Shown here in pieces: positions 47,601 through 57,214 of a stretch of DNA of 64,000 nucleotides. Each line of letters begins with the position of its first letter. The stretch's first letter is position 1. The DNA lies in the IMG/VR virus record IMGVR_UViG_3300020530_000425; one strand, written 5' to 3'. A model generated the notes under the pieces. That model saw only the letters and a program-made list of their open reading frames with translations. It was not told the DNA's origin and ran no database searches. Made by a program: the position numbers and the translations under genes. Source of the stretch: an uncultured virus (IMG/VR IMGVR_UViG_3300020530_000425). Taxonomy: Duplodnaviria; Heunggongvirae; Uroviricota; Caudoviricetes.

Positions 47601-49610
47601 ATCCGTAGTTATTAACGATGAACTTAAATATAGTGATACTAACTCATTAGAAGATGTGGAACCACTTAATATTATATTATCTAATGATTCGTAATTAGTA
47701 GATTGTCCTTTTACAAAGTCTACATCAATTGTAAAATTTGGTCCTTTTATTGGTGGACAACTTACATCATTATTTTCTGTTAATACAACCGTTTCAATTA
47801 AAGGATTACTCATTAATTTTGTAATCCAGAATGTTGAATTATTCTGTATATTAGCAGGTAATGGTGAATATAGTTTTAATATAATTGAATTAACAACATC
47901 ATTTGGAGCAACAAATGTATTACCTAAATTATCTGTAGACTTTTTAGATAATGTAAAATCATCAGTTTCCCAAGATGAAATTATAATTTGCTCATCGTTT
48001 CCAAAATTAGCAAGGTGTGTTAGATACTTACTTTCTTTTGAAGGTTCATCGATTTTTAATTTTTCAGAAAAAGCATTAAATAAAGCGTTAGTAATTATAT
48101 CTTCATTTAATGAAAGTGTTGGTAGTGTTAATTTTGTCAACACTTCGTATTCATTACCAATTAACTCCTCTGCTCCACTTCGATTATATGGTTTTAGTAT
48201 TAATGTTATATTAGTACTACCAACCCAGTTAGGATAATTTTCTCTTAATTTTTTAAGATTAATTTTTATAGAACCGTTTGGTGGTTGATTACTTAATAAT
48301 CCAATTTTACTACCATCTTTTTGTTTTAACCAAACATCAACTGATGAAACTGCAAAAGAGGAATATGAAACTTCATAATCAATATTATAATCAGAAAACG
48401 ATGGTACATCGATTGATTCTGCATATATGACTTCCGTAATAGCAGGGAAATCATTTATAGCAGTAAATGTTAAAATCACCTCAACTCTAGTTCCTGTTCC
48501 AAATTTTTTACTGGTTGGAACAAAAAATATTTTTTTAGAACCGTAAACCTCATTAAAATCTTTTTGAAAGAATATAGTTACTTCTTTGTCACTAGCTGGA
48601 ATTTCTAAAACTTTATCAGCCGAAAGATATACTAAAACGGAATCTGCGAATTCAGTATTAAATGGAATTACTATACTTTTTTCTGTATCCGAATCTTTTA
48701 CATTAACATTATATTGTATTTGATTTAATACTACTGTAGGTGATTCGGATTTAATTTCTCTTTCAGCTTCAATTACAACACCTAAACCTGAATTTAATAA
48801 TGATGCTGGTACTCTAAATGCATAATTTTGTTTTGTTAACCTATCGTAGTTAACAGAATCTGAACCAAATTGTTGAGCAATTCCAGAATATATGTTTTTG
48901 ATAAAAATACCATCTGGTACATTACCTTTAATTTCAAAGTTAACAAACCCCCCATCTAAAATATTTTTGGGTATTGTAGAAATTCTGTTATCATATAATT
49001 GCAATTCTCCATCTACAACTATATTATCTTCAAATACAATTTGATATTTTAAACTTAAAGTAGTTAATTCCTTTATATTAGAATTAAACAAAACTTCATA
49101 ACCAACCATTGGATTATCAACGGTTACCACGTCTGCAGGTGGTGTTGGAAGTGTTTGAGTTCGTTGTAATACCTCTGTTTTAAATCTTAAAGTTATTGTT
49201 CCGAAATTGAAGTTTTGGGTTTGTTGTTCTTCCCATACATCATCTATTAATGAATATTCTGTAACACCGATTCCCTCAACTATTTCATTCGCAAATTGTA
49301 GTTGTTTAGTATTAATTATAAATTTTGATAATACTTTTCCATTATCTAAATTTGCAGTATAAGTTTTAGGACCATTAAATTGTAAAGATGAATTATATAC
49401 AATATCAACGGATTTACCATATCCAGCAGATACACCTTCTTCAAAAAATTCTAAATCATTAGTTTCACTTACTAAATAAATTTTTAACGAAGATGGTGGG
49501 TTAGTTGGTCTATACGTGGGGGCATTGTAAGGACCAGTTTGACCTGTATTCCTAGTACTTCCGTTATTATTAAAATCCGGATAAGCGTAAAGGCTTTCTT
49601 GTTCTGCCAT
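44634..49610 (-). CDS. Large baseplate wedge protein (gp7/P2 gpI-like core) with LamG-like domain
   Basis: NNLPYLLKHKGTRRGIHALMACYG (KGT motif); GSVDEFRLW; near gp6 and gp25. Confidence 0.7.
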   Translation of the reverse strand: MAEQESLYAYPDFNNNGSTRNTGQTGPYNAPTYRPTNPPSSLKIYLVSETNDLEFFEEGVSAGYGKSVDIVYNSSLQFNGPKTYTANLDNGKVLSKFIINTKQLQFANEIVEGIGVTEYSLIDDVWEEQQTQNFNFGTITLRFKTEVLQRTQTLPTPPADVVTVDNPMVGYEVLFNSNIKELTTLSLKYQIVFEDNIVVDGELQLYDNRISTIPKNILDGGFVNFEIKGNVPDGIFIKNIYSGIAQQFGSDSVNYDRLTKQNYAFRVPASLLNSGLGVVIEAEREIKSESPTVVLNQIQYNVNVKDSDTEKSIVIPFNTEFADSVLVYLSADKVLEIPASDKEVTIFFQKDFNEVYGSKKIFFVPTSKKFGTGTRVEVILTFTAINDFPAITEVIYAESIDVPSFSDYNIDYEVSYSSFAVSSVDVWLKQKDGSKIGLLSNQPPNGSIKINLKKLRENYPNWVGSTNITLILKPYNRSGAEELIGNEYEVLTKLTLPTLSLNEDIITNALFNAFSEKLKIDEPSKESKYLTHLANFGNDEQIIISSWETDDFTLSKKSTDNLGNTFVAPNDVVNSIILKLYSPLPANIQNNSTFWITKLMSNPLIETVVLTENNDVSCPPIKGPNFTIDVDFVKGQSTNYESLDNIILSGSTSSNELVSLYLSSSLITTDELNIEYSSGSTYLWENFVHFSSANERIDNFVYKIQLIELYETALSAANASQAHSGSLPSIQEAERQQLKKNQLINGFDGFEKFLYTSSSLSWPYNGANRRLSTSNEVKNWYNNIEELANIYDANNSNYVLNNIPQFIVNNDENESLLLFFSMIGHHFDNIYFHTKSIEKSRGLGYKAKDGISDKLLFDTLKSFSWDAKNLAADADLWSYVFGKDKEGNDKESNPAKQRTNEVWRRIVNNLPYLLKHKGTRRGIHALMACYGIPSSNLSILEFGGPEINDTSKSKLVIDNITTGLNMALTSSIQMEWKQTNNTSSLKPNTIELFVKPLESSQYTLISGSGWNVNLSGSTNSDYGKVKFNYSGSLSIETSTLPIFNGKFFGISVSSGSAGLKLDVRQADKERTIFQESISSSNYTNWNNGSTIRLGGNYIGSVDEFRLWSEVLDTERFYEHVSFPEMINGNSVSSSTDDLYFRLDFEYPKNLAQTSSLINVDTNIYFENGLTRNDYENGTTASLYSVNTTPLLSASAFNFPSISEYPFQFEVIDRTIVMDYPDGGASRFSTNKVRFEDQYTLTNQKISGSVGVDLSSKSRATKKAFDQSPTDSNRVGLFFSPTKELNMDIAKTFGGLNIDNYIGDPSDDYKPNYKSLDNLRNYYFQRFDNRDIYAYINLIKLYEKSMFEDLKKMLPARVKATTGLLIEPHFLERSKVVHKKPTADDYQKETEIKLSDTSVISFENIQKETLIDANLSENLTVENNQYEALISTASVNNLLAENYQQDSTIDMNSNFVFNSDYYQKEITIDADLGTPTIVTEIDIINSNQVIGQTEFETIGFGIYAQNGSAIRTYFNKDNRVVKERIKVQLVTEEKERIIQKFAITASANGLGDPRGGYVSDIQTYTETRLNIQPFGAPNSPTVGGNVIEVTNVNGYLPTHNKFTSDLTRGLQNSFFKGSKNTAATTLDGSSPIETFISNPNTLKVNKTGRDSSEPILEVE

Positions 49611-49627
49611 TATTTGTTTTTATTTTA

Positions 49628-49635
49628 TATAAATA
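49628..49635 (-). promoter_or_regulatory. Candidate late promoter TATTTATA
   Basis: 17 nt upstream of ATG 49610. Confidence 0.55.
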
Positions 49636-49648
49636 CTTTAATATTATT

Positions 49649-50950
49649 TTATTTGATTGCACCTCTTGGTCTCGGTGTAGGAGAAATTCCAGGATTAAAT
49701 TGTCCAGTTTGTCCTCTAGTATCTTCAACTAAACCTGTTTCAGATGGTATAGTTTGTTCACCAGTTCCTCCTCCTGTTGAAGTTGGAGTAGTATCCGTTG
49801 GTGGATTATATTCTGGTACTGTTACAGGAGCCTTCTCTTCTACTACAGGTATTTTTGGAGGAGGTTGTAATGCAGGTGGTTGTGGTGGTATAACTTCAAC
49901 TGGAGTAGGTGGAGTTACATTTGGAATACCTTCAAATGATACTGCCACTAATTCTGGAGAATACACATTTCTTACAATTTCTACTTTAGTATCGTACGCT
50001 TGAACTAAATTTTCAATCTGTTTTTTAACTTCCTCTACCCCAAATTCAACAGGTAACTTTTCATATTTTACAACTCTTCTATTTAATGTTTTTATATTAA
50101 ATGTTATAGAATTATTTAAAATGTTTTTTATTTCATTTAATAAATAATTAAAATCATATTGGTCACAATCATCAAATCTTTTTTCAGATGGAGACCCGAA
50201 TGTGGATTGAGCAATATCATAGTTTTTATTGTTTAACCAATATACAACACTATCTCTAAAATCTGTAAATATTTTAGTCTTAAATGCATTAAAATTACTT
50301 AATCCAAAATCTTTTTTAAGAACTGATTGAAAATCATTTCCAAATTTTGCTACCAATGCATCATCTATAGATTGTAAAGATGTTCTTTCAAACGCATCCA
50401 ACCCATCTAATATATTTTTTTTATAATATTTAAAATCTCTATTTAGATTGTTTAAGTTTAAAAATTGTTTAGTATTAGTTGCGTTTATTTCAGAACTATT
50501 GGTTTTTAATGGTATAATACGAACCTCTTCTCTTGATGGAGATATTTCATGTATCCAAACTCTTTCTAATTCATTTTCACTACCAACTCTACTACGAACG
50601 AAATTAATATTAACTTTAAGAATACCGTTTGTAAACCCTAAATCATTTAATAATTTTTCAATATTAATAGCAAGTTCTTTTTTCCCCAATGTATTAGTAA
50701 GTGAATACATATATGAACCTATGCTATTTTTTTTTATGTATGCAACATTTTTTCCTGATTTTTGGGGTAAAAGTATATTATTAATATCGTATACAGATAC
50801 TTCCATCACATCATACTTACACTCACCAAATTCGGTTTCTTGTTTTTCGTTTTTTGTAACAATAAACAAATCTTCTGCAAGGAGAAACTGCCCTTCATTG
50901 GTTGAATTTGAATTTATGCTATCAAAATTTGTATATTTTCTAATACTCAT
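49649..50950 (-). CDS. Hypothetical virion-associated protein with Pro/Thr-rich tail
   Basis: In the baseplate operon; IHEISPSREEVRI; low-complexity C-terminus. Confidence 0.6.
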   Translation of the reverse strand: MSIRKYTNFDSINSNSTNEGQFLLAEDLFIVTKNEKQETEFGECKYDVMEVSVYDINNILLPQKSGKNVAYIKKNSIGSYMYSLTNTLGKKELAINIEKLLNDLGFTNGILKVNINFVRSRVGSENELERVWIHEISPSREEVRIIPLKTNSSEINATNTKQFLNLNNLNRDFKYYKKNILDGLDAFERTSLQSIDDALVAKFGNDFQSVLKKDFGLSNFNAFKTKIFTDFRDSVVYWLNNKNYDIAQSTFGSPSEKRFDDCDQYDFNYLLNEIKNILNNSITFNIKTLNRRVVKYEKLPVEFGVEEVKKQIENLVQAYDTKVEIVRNVYSPELVAVSFEGIPNVTPPTPVEVIPPQPPALQPPPKIPVVEEKAPVTVPEYNPPTDTTPTSTGGGTGEQTIPSETGLVEDTRGQTGQFNPGISPTPRPRGAIK

Positions 50951-50961
50951 AGTTTAATATA

Positions 50962-52113
50962 TTAATATGAACCTGGATTTGCTTTTACAATATTACATGG
51001 ATATTCTTTAAATTCAGTTGTACCATCTTTTTTAGTTGCAATAACTTTTATAGTTCCTTTATATTCCGTTGTATTACCCCATCCCCATGGCCATTTTTCT
51101 TCTGATTCAGCCCTTTTTGGTACTGCGTTTGCATTTATTTTAAAGTCAATAGTTTCATTTCCACCACCAGCTAAATCAAAATTATTCTTCGGCACGGTTA
51201 CCCAATTCCAATTATTGGCTAATTTAAGTTGAAATGTTATATTTACAGGTTGAGTATCGTTGTTTGTTATAGCCAACTGACCACCTGCCTCCCATTTGGT
51301 TGAGTTATAATCCTTCGCATTAATTTTACCAGCCAATCCTTTTGTTATATCGGTTCTAGTTGTTGCACCTGACCACTTAATGATTGTGGTTTTAACTAAA
51401 ATATCACCACCACTTGCTAACGCAGTATTAGATGCCGATTGTTGAATAGCCTGTTGTTGTTGAACTGCGCCTAATTGAGATTGTAAACCTTCTATAATTG
51501 AATTTAATGAATCAATCTGTTTAATCAATGCTTCAATTTGTGCTTTAAATCCTGCGTTTTGAGATTGTAAAGATGCTCTTAAAATAGATTCATCTACTGA
51601 TTTTTGCACTGCAGATTGTATCTGTGTTGCAAATTGCTCAATCACTTTTGATAACGCATCCAGTTGATTAGCCAATACATCATTGGTTTGCTCTATTGAT
51701 AATCGTTTATTAGTTTCAGATAGTACTTTAGATGTTAACGTATTGATTTCAGAATTTAAAACTTCAATATCTGTTGTTAATTTTTCGACTTGTTTTCTTA
51801 AATCTCTATTAGCAACAACCTCATCATCATATAGTGGTTTAGGTACTAAATTAAGGTTTACTTCAGGAATATTTGGCTTTAATTCCTTAACTTCAGTATC
51901 AATTGCTTTTAAAAGTTCAACATTATCTAGTTTGGATATAACTAAAGGTTTAAACACTAAAGATGATGCTACATTATCTTCATTAACTACGGTTACACCA
52001 TATTCATTTTTAGAAACTGCGGCAGAACCTGATACTTTTAGAATATTTTCTAAATCAGTATTTCTTTTTTCTTCCAATTTTAATGCAATTGCTTCTAATG
52101 ATGTTAATGCCAT
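50962..52113 (-). CDS. Hypothetical protein: coiled coil plus C-terminal Ig-like domain
   Basis: Long heptad region followed by a beta-rich domain. Confidence 0.6.
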   Translation of the reverse strand: MALTSLEAIALKLEEKRNTDLENILKVSGSAAVSKNEYGVTVVNEDNVASSLVFKPLVISKLDNVELLKAIDTEVKELKPNIPEVNLNLVPKPLYDDEVVANRDLRKQVEKLTTDIEVLNSEINTLTSKVLSETNKRLSIEQTNDVLANQLDALSKVIEQFATQIQSAVQKSVDESILRASLQSQNAGFKAQIEALIKQIDSLNSIIEGLQSQLGAVQQQQAIQQSASNTALASGGDILVKTTIIKWSGATTRTDITKGLAGKINAKDYNSTKWEAGGQLAITNNDTQPVNITFQLKLANNWNWVTVPKNNFDLAGGGNETIDFKINANAVPKRAESEEKWPWGWGNTTEYKGTIKVIATKKDGTTEFKEYPCNIVKANPGSY

Positions 52114-52115
52114 TA

Positions 52116-53177
52116 TTATACTATTTGAAATGTTAATTTATCATCAATTATAGTAGATATTTCACCATCAATTATTTTTAATTTTAATCTATATGTTCTA
52201 TACAATGGTAGTGTATTTAAATCTAAAATAAAATAATTGGATGTATTATCACATGAAATTTTAGTATATTCTCCAAATGGATATATAACATCATCTGTTA
52301 CATAATCTTCCAATTGATAATATGATGTTGTAGGTAAATATTTTGATTGGTCATATTCAAATGTTGTTGAAAATGACTTTAAAGGAAACATATCTCTACC
52401 TTTAATTCTAATTTTTATCTTACTATCTTTACTATATTCCGTTTTTAAATTGGTAATAATTACTTTATAATCATCTTGAGCAGAACCAGTAACTGGTAAT
52501 AAACTGCCTGTTACAAATGATACATCATTCCAAACTACTTCTAATTTTGGCTCATATATAGTAGTAGTTTCTTTAGAAAAGAATTTCAATACACCATAAT
52601 CTAATGCATTTTCTTCGTTTTCTAATCCATGATGTACAATAAATCCATTATTTGGTATAGAACCACTTAACCAGCTATTAACTATACCTGTCACATTAAT
52701 TCTGATATCAGCATCTTCATAGTTATAAGATTGAGATGCTTGAGATGCAGTATACCACGTTCCCCCTTCCGCGTTTGCAGAACCAGTTGTTCCTGGCGTA
52801 AATACCGCAGTTCCTGCAGTAACATTATCTTGCCAAGTATCAACACCATTTCGGTATTTCCAACTTACACCATCCGATGTAATATTATCAAATTTAGTAC
52901 CCGTTCCCATTGTCCAACTTTGCGAAACTGCGTTCGCGTGTATTGTATATTCTAAAGGAATTTCTTCTGCTTGAGAAGATTTTAGATTTAAATAAACAAT
53001 AGAACCACTTGGGATTCCCATATTAGCTACATCAAATTTTATTAAGGTTCTAGCTATATCTTTAGCGGAACCATAATATAATTTACCAACCTCTAATATC
53101 TCATCTCTACCTGCATTTTGGTCTGGTTGTTGTAAGTAGATACTGGCATCGAACGATGATGTGAATAATTTATGCAT
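52116..53177 (-). CDS. Virion protein with DNRLRE-like domain
   Basis: DASIY..PDQNAG...RTLIKFDV...WLSGSIPNNGFI...PKLEV pattern. Confidence 0.55.
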   Translation of the reverse strand: MHKLFTSSFDASIYLQQPDQNAGRDEILEVGKLYYGSAKDIARTLIKFDVANMGIPSGSIVYLNLKSSQAEEIPLEYTIHANAVSQSWTMGTGTKFDNITSDGVSWKYRNGVDTWQDNVTAGTAVFTPGTTGSANAEGGTWYTASQASQSYNYEDADIRINVTGIVNSWLSGSIPNNGFIVHHGLENEENALDYGVLKFFSKETTTIYEPKLEVVWNDVSFVTGSLLPVTGSAQDDYKVIITNLKTEYSKDSKIKIRIKGRDMFPLKSFSTTFEYDQSKYLPTTSYYQLEDYVTDDVIYPFGEYTKISCDNTSNYFILDLNTLPLYRTYRLKLKIIDGEISTIIDDKLTFQIV

Positions 53178-53178
53178 A

Positions 53179-55209
53179 TTATAAAGCTCTTCCTTTTATA
53201 TCTTTGTTAGGGTATTTTACTTCGAAAATGCAAGGGTCTAAAGATGGATATACTATCTTACCTCGAGTTGCTTCATCGATGTTGTATTTATTTGGTGAAT
53301 AATTTCCATCTCCACCACATAAATTTGATATCTTTACGGATGGTACACTCATTACTCCTTCCACGTTTGCAAGTATTAACTCTAATTCAGAAATGTTTAT
53401 TGGTTTATTAAATGTCCAATTATCAATGTTAAAATAATCTTGCACTTTAACTAAACAATTGGTAACAACTTCTCTTTTATTGTAGTTTGAATAACATATT
53501 ACATCAAAGTCAACACCTATATTTACAACAAATCCATCAATCATATTCACCGCATCTGTAATCATTCGATACTCTCCTAAATATGTTTTTAGGTTCTGTT
53601 TAACTGCCTGATTTATTGGAGTTAAATGTTTATTAACATCATACCCTAAAACATACATATTAATTGCAAATGGGTTATTTACTTCATTTAATGATGATTT
53701 TTTAGTTGAAAGATACTTAATCAATTCACCTTGGATGTCCGATTTACTCATACCTTTAAATCCATCTACTAAATTAGTAAATTCTGCAATAGATGCCGGA
53801 CTAGATAAAATTGAAGCAGGTGAATTATTATCTATCTCTCCATCTTGAGATACATATACTTTCGCAACTGAACCATATCTTTCTGGTAGTGATAATGCCC
53901 TTACTATATAATCCTGTTTAGTTACTGCTCTGTTTTGTGAACCAAATGTTGCTAAAGCATTTTGTCTAATTTCTTCAATAGATTCGGCTCCTCTACCACC
54001 TATTGCAGGTTCTAAATTTTCTACTGCAATCGATGATTTAAATGAATTATACATTCCAACAATTCCAGTTGGTATGGCCAATAAATCATCATCAAATTCA
54101 ATTTTTTGAATTTTCGTTAAATCACCAACATTCACATTTGATGCAATTCCACCACCTGTTAAATATTTTATAGTTAATACTTGTCCAGCAGGAGCTATAC
54201 CAAATGTATTTGTTTTTAAAAAATTGGATGGGTCAATTCCTTGATTTAATCTATTAATAGAATTTGCCAAACCTAATCCTATATTTTTTGTATTAGGTAA
54301 AATTTGCTCATCTCTTAAATTAACATCACCACTACCAAATTGTATTTCGGTTGTATTATCTGAATTAATTTTTACAGAAAATCTACGAGGTACTTTTTGT
54401 ACTTCTAAAATATATGGTACTGAACCAGAATAATATGATAATTCATTCACATTAGGTTGTTCTACAAATATACTTTCTTGAGCCAAATATGGAACTTCGT
54501 AATATTTGTTATTATTAGAATCTGCTATTGATACTATTTGTATAATGTTAGTTTCGGATAATTGGATAGTTGGATAATCCGTATCACTACCCAATGTAAT
54601 ACCAGTAGTATTTTCTCTAGCTGATATGGCTTTAATTTTTTTAGATACTAAATATTGAGTAGGAGTACCTGTTATAGCATCCCTTTCATATACTTCAATT
54701 GTCCTATCAGTTGGGTTTGCAAAATCAATTGCATCAGTTGTTATAAACGATACATTACTATTTGTGGATGATTGTACCTCAAATCCAGCTTTTATTTTAA
54801 AGTAGAATCTAGAATCAGCTTCATAATTTGTACCACTGTTATTTTGTGCATTATACACCGATGGTATTAATTGATAAACGGTTAATGTAGTTATAGCAGG
54901 TGAAGTTACTTTGGGCTTATACCCCATAGATTGTGCCAATGATACCACATTTTTACGTTCCGTAGCGTGTGATAACATTGATTCTTTTAATTGAGTATCT
55001 TGGTAAAATGAAAGAACATCTCCAATTGCTGCAGCTTGTTCAATAAACACCATACCAGGTGATGCTTCATTAAAATCTGAATATGTATTTGGGAAATAGG
55101 TTTTAGTAAAATCTATCAAATTTTGCTTAAACGTAGCAAAATCTTTACCAATGTAATTGATGTTTTTTGTATCACTACCCCAACTTGTATTTGATGGATT
55201 AATTGCCAT
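53179..55209 (-). CDS. Baseplate wedge subunit (T4 gp6/baseplate J-like)
   Basis: DFNEASPGMVFIE..A..GDVLSFY, GGRGAESIEEIR, QNRAVTKQDY. Confidence 0.9.
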   Translation of the reverse strand: MAINPSNTSWGSDTKNINYIGKDFATFKQNLIDFTKTYFPNTYSDFNEASPGMVFIEQAAAIGDVLSFYQDTQLKESMLSHATERKNVVSLAQSMGYKPKVTSPAITTLTVYQLIPSVYNAQNNSGTNYEADSRFYFKIKAGFEVQSSTNSNVSFITTDAIDFANPTDRTIEVYERDAITGTPTQYLVSKKIKAISARENTTGITLGSDTDYPTIQLSETNIIQIVSIADSNNNKYYEVPYLAQESIFVEQPNVNELSYYSGSVPYILEVQKVPRRFSVKINSDNTTEIQFGSGDVNLRDEQILPNTKNIGLGLANSINRLNQGIDPSNFLKTNTFGIAPAGQVLTIKYLTGGGIASNVNVGDLTKIQKIEFDDDLLAIPTGIVGMYNSFKSSIAVENLEPAIGGRGAESIEEIRQNALATFGSQNRAVTKQDYIVRALSLPERYGSVAKVYVSQDGEIDNNSPASILSSPASIAEFTNLVDGFKGMSKSDIQGELIKYLSTKKSSLNEVNNPFAINMYVLGYDVNKHLTPINQAVKQNLKTYLGEYRMITDAVNMIDGFVVNIGVDFDVICYSNYNKREVVTNCLVKVQDYFNIDNWTFNKPINISELELILANVEGVMSVPSVKISNLCGGDGNYSPNKYNIDEATRGKIVYPSLDPCIFEVKYPNKDIKGRAL

Positions 55210-55211
55210 TA

Positions 55212-55649
55212 CTAATTATTTATATTTATTTGTACTGATTCTGTTAAATTTGGATTTGATGCTAACGCAAATTGAATGTCTAACGATATTCTGTTTGTAT
55301 CAATATCATTATCATCGTAATCAAATACTATTGAAGTTAAACTTAAATATGGTAACCAAGTATCAACTGCATCTACAATAGATGTTTCAATTCTTGATTC
55401 AATTGTAGCACCATCCATCTGTTCAAATAACACCAACCAAACATCACACCCAAATTCAGGATTCATTAATCTTTCTCCCTTTTTTGTTAGTATTAGGTTT
55501 TTTAAATTATCTTTTGCTTGAGTTAGAGTAGTGTAGTTTGTAGAAAATACGCCATTAGAATTTGAAGATTTATTTATCCCAATTCCTAATATTTTATAAT
55601 CATTTTCCGCTAAATCTGCTACTTTTACGTTACCTAACTCTATTGCCAT
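55212..55649 (-). CDS. Baseplate gp25/GPW-family protein
   Basis: NLKNLILTKKGERLMNPEFGC..LFE. Confidence 0.93.
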   Translation of the reverse strand: MAIELGNVKVADLAENDYKILGIGINKSSNSNGVFSTNYTTLTQAKDNLKNLILTKKGERLMNPEFGCDVWLVLFEQMDGATIESRIETSIVDAVDTWLPYLSLTSIVFDYDDNDIDTNRISLDIQFALASNPNLTESVQININN

Positions 55650-56176
55650 TATTTAAATCGTTTTACTAATTCTGAATAATCTCTTGTTAATGCTTTTATT
55701 GTAGCATCCTGTAATCCATCACCAGTTGATTCCAATTGTTGTGGAATGTTTTGAGGAATATTTGATTCTCTAAAATCCATAGTTTCCCAATCACTTTCAT
55801 CAACCCTTAATTCTGGTTTAATCATATCTAATACACTTCCAACTGATTGGGCTCCCTCTTTACGTTGCTCTGCTGAAAATGGTTGAGTCATATTAAGAAT
55901 CTCATTAATCATCGGGTCTTTGGAAAATTCCTTTTTGATTTGAGGTTTTGGTTGAGGTTGCACTACTTTTCTACTTTGTTGTAACGCGGAAGTTGCAGCC
56001 TCAAATGGGTCTACCGATTTAATTGCTTCCTTTAGAGTAGGAGCGGTTGATTTTTTTGGTAAATTTAAAGTAACCGCACCAGATTTGATAAGTTTAGCAA
56101 CTTCTTCTTTCACTTGTGCTTTTACTTCATTCTTAACCACTTCTTTAATTAGTGATAATAAAATGTCTGATTTCAT
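55649..56176 (-). CDS. Hypothetical protein
   Basis: 175 aa, overlaps the gp25 start; TATTTATT variant upstream (56199-56206). Confidence 0.7.
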   Translation of the reverse strand: MKSDILLSLIKEVVKNEVKAQVKEEVAKLIKSGAVTLNLPKKSTAPTLKEAIKSVDPFEAATSALQQSRKVVQPQPKPQIKKEFSKDPMINEILNMTQPFSAEQRKEGAQSVGSVLDMIKPELRVDESDWETMDFRESNIPQNIPQQLESTGDGLQDATIKALTRDYSELVKRFK

Positions 56177-56230
56177 AAAAATTATTGTTCTATTTGTTAA
56201 TAAATATAATAAGTTAAAATTTACACCGAT

Positions 56231-57214
56231 TTATCTTGAGGCAAGTAGTGTAGATGATTCTATTAATTCGGCTTCATCACCATATATTATAGATTTTATA
56301 GCTGCTGCAATTTCTGGTTCCTGTGTTTGTTCTCCCTCTATAAATCCTTTAGCTATAGCTGCTCCAACTGCAGAAACTACGTCATTTTGATTTTCAGTTT
56401 GAGTTATTTCACTAGAAACACCGACTAACGCATCTACACCAACTATTGCTATACCACCCGCAAGTGATACCATATCCTTAAAATCTAAAGAACTCAATGG
56501 ACTTCCACTAAATGGTTTAACAAAATAACCCGCCCAAGGTAATACTCCAGGTGCAGGCGGTGCTGGTGGGGGATATGTGCAATTACAGGTAAATAATCCA
56601 CCTACAGTTAGCAAATGTACTGATGCGGATATTATAAAATTTAATAAAAATGGAGAAATACTTGCCATTGGTGGTACAACAATTGGTGTCCATATTCCAG
56701 GAGATAAATTCAATCCAACATTTGTTGTTAAATTTGCAACTGCACCAATACATGGTATATTTGGGACGGGTATTTTAGCTGATGTAGCCCCCAACCAATA
56801 TGCCTGAATTGCTGGTCCGATATCCCTTAATAAATCTCCTGTTTTACTTAATGTGGTTGTATTTAAAATTAAAAGTAAAGTTGCTTCCATTAATGAGGTA
56901 TTTCCTTCAAATGGAACACCTCCTATCAATGTTTTACCACCTCTTATAGCTTTATCATATTCTTCGGTTAAAGATTGAGCAAACGAGTAATTGTTTGCTA
57001 TATTTGCCAAATCTTGTTCAGGAAAAAAATCTCCAATAACACCAGTATCTCCCAATACAGAAGTACCTCCCACAACTGAAGCTCCTACTCCTGCTATTTT
57101 AGATTTAGCAACATTTTCTGCCATTTCTAATGACATATTTAAATAAAAATCCGTCCAACTATTTGAAATTCCTCCCTTAAAAAGTTGTTTCGCTGCATTT
57201 AAATTTATAGCCAT
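56231..57214 (-). CDS. Hypothetical protein next to the hub/spike gene
   Basis: 327 aa, hydrophobic and Pro-rich segment (YPPPAPPAPG..WAGY). Confidence 0.65.
   Translation of the reverse strand: MAINLNAAKQLFKGGISNSWTDFYLNMSLEMAENVAKSKIAGVGASVVGGTSVLGDTGVIGDFFPEQDLANIANNYSFAQSLTEEYDKAIRGGKTLIGGVPFEGNTSLMEATLLLILNTTTLSKTGDLLRDIGPAIQAYWLGATSAKIPVPNIPCIGAVANLTTNVGLNLSPGIWTPIVVPPMASISPFLLNFIISASVHLLTVGGLFTCNCTYPPPAPPAPGVLPWAGYFVKPFSGSPLSSLDFKDMVSLAGGIAIVGVDALVGVSSEITQTENQNDVVSAVGAAIAKGFIEGEQTQEPEIAAAIKSIIYGDEAELIESSTLLASR

Noticed and set aside
3415..49635. TATAAATA on the plus strand as canonical T4 late promoters
   Set aside because: In that orientation they point away from the adjacent start codons; the plus-strand RHH gene has the inverse arrangement.
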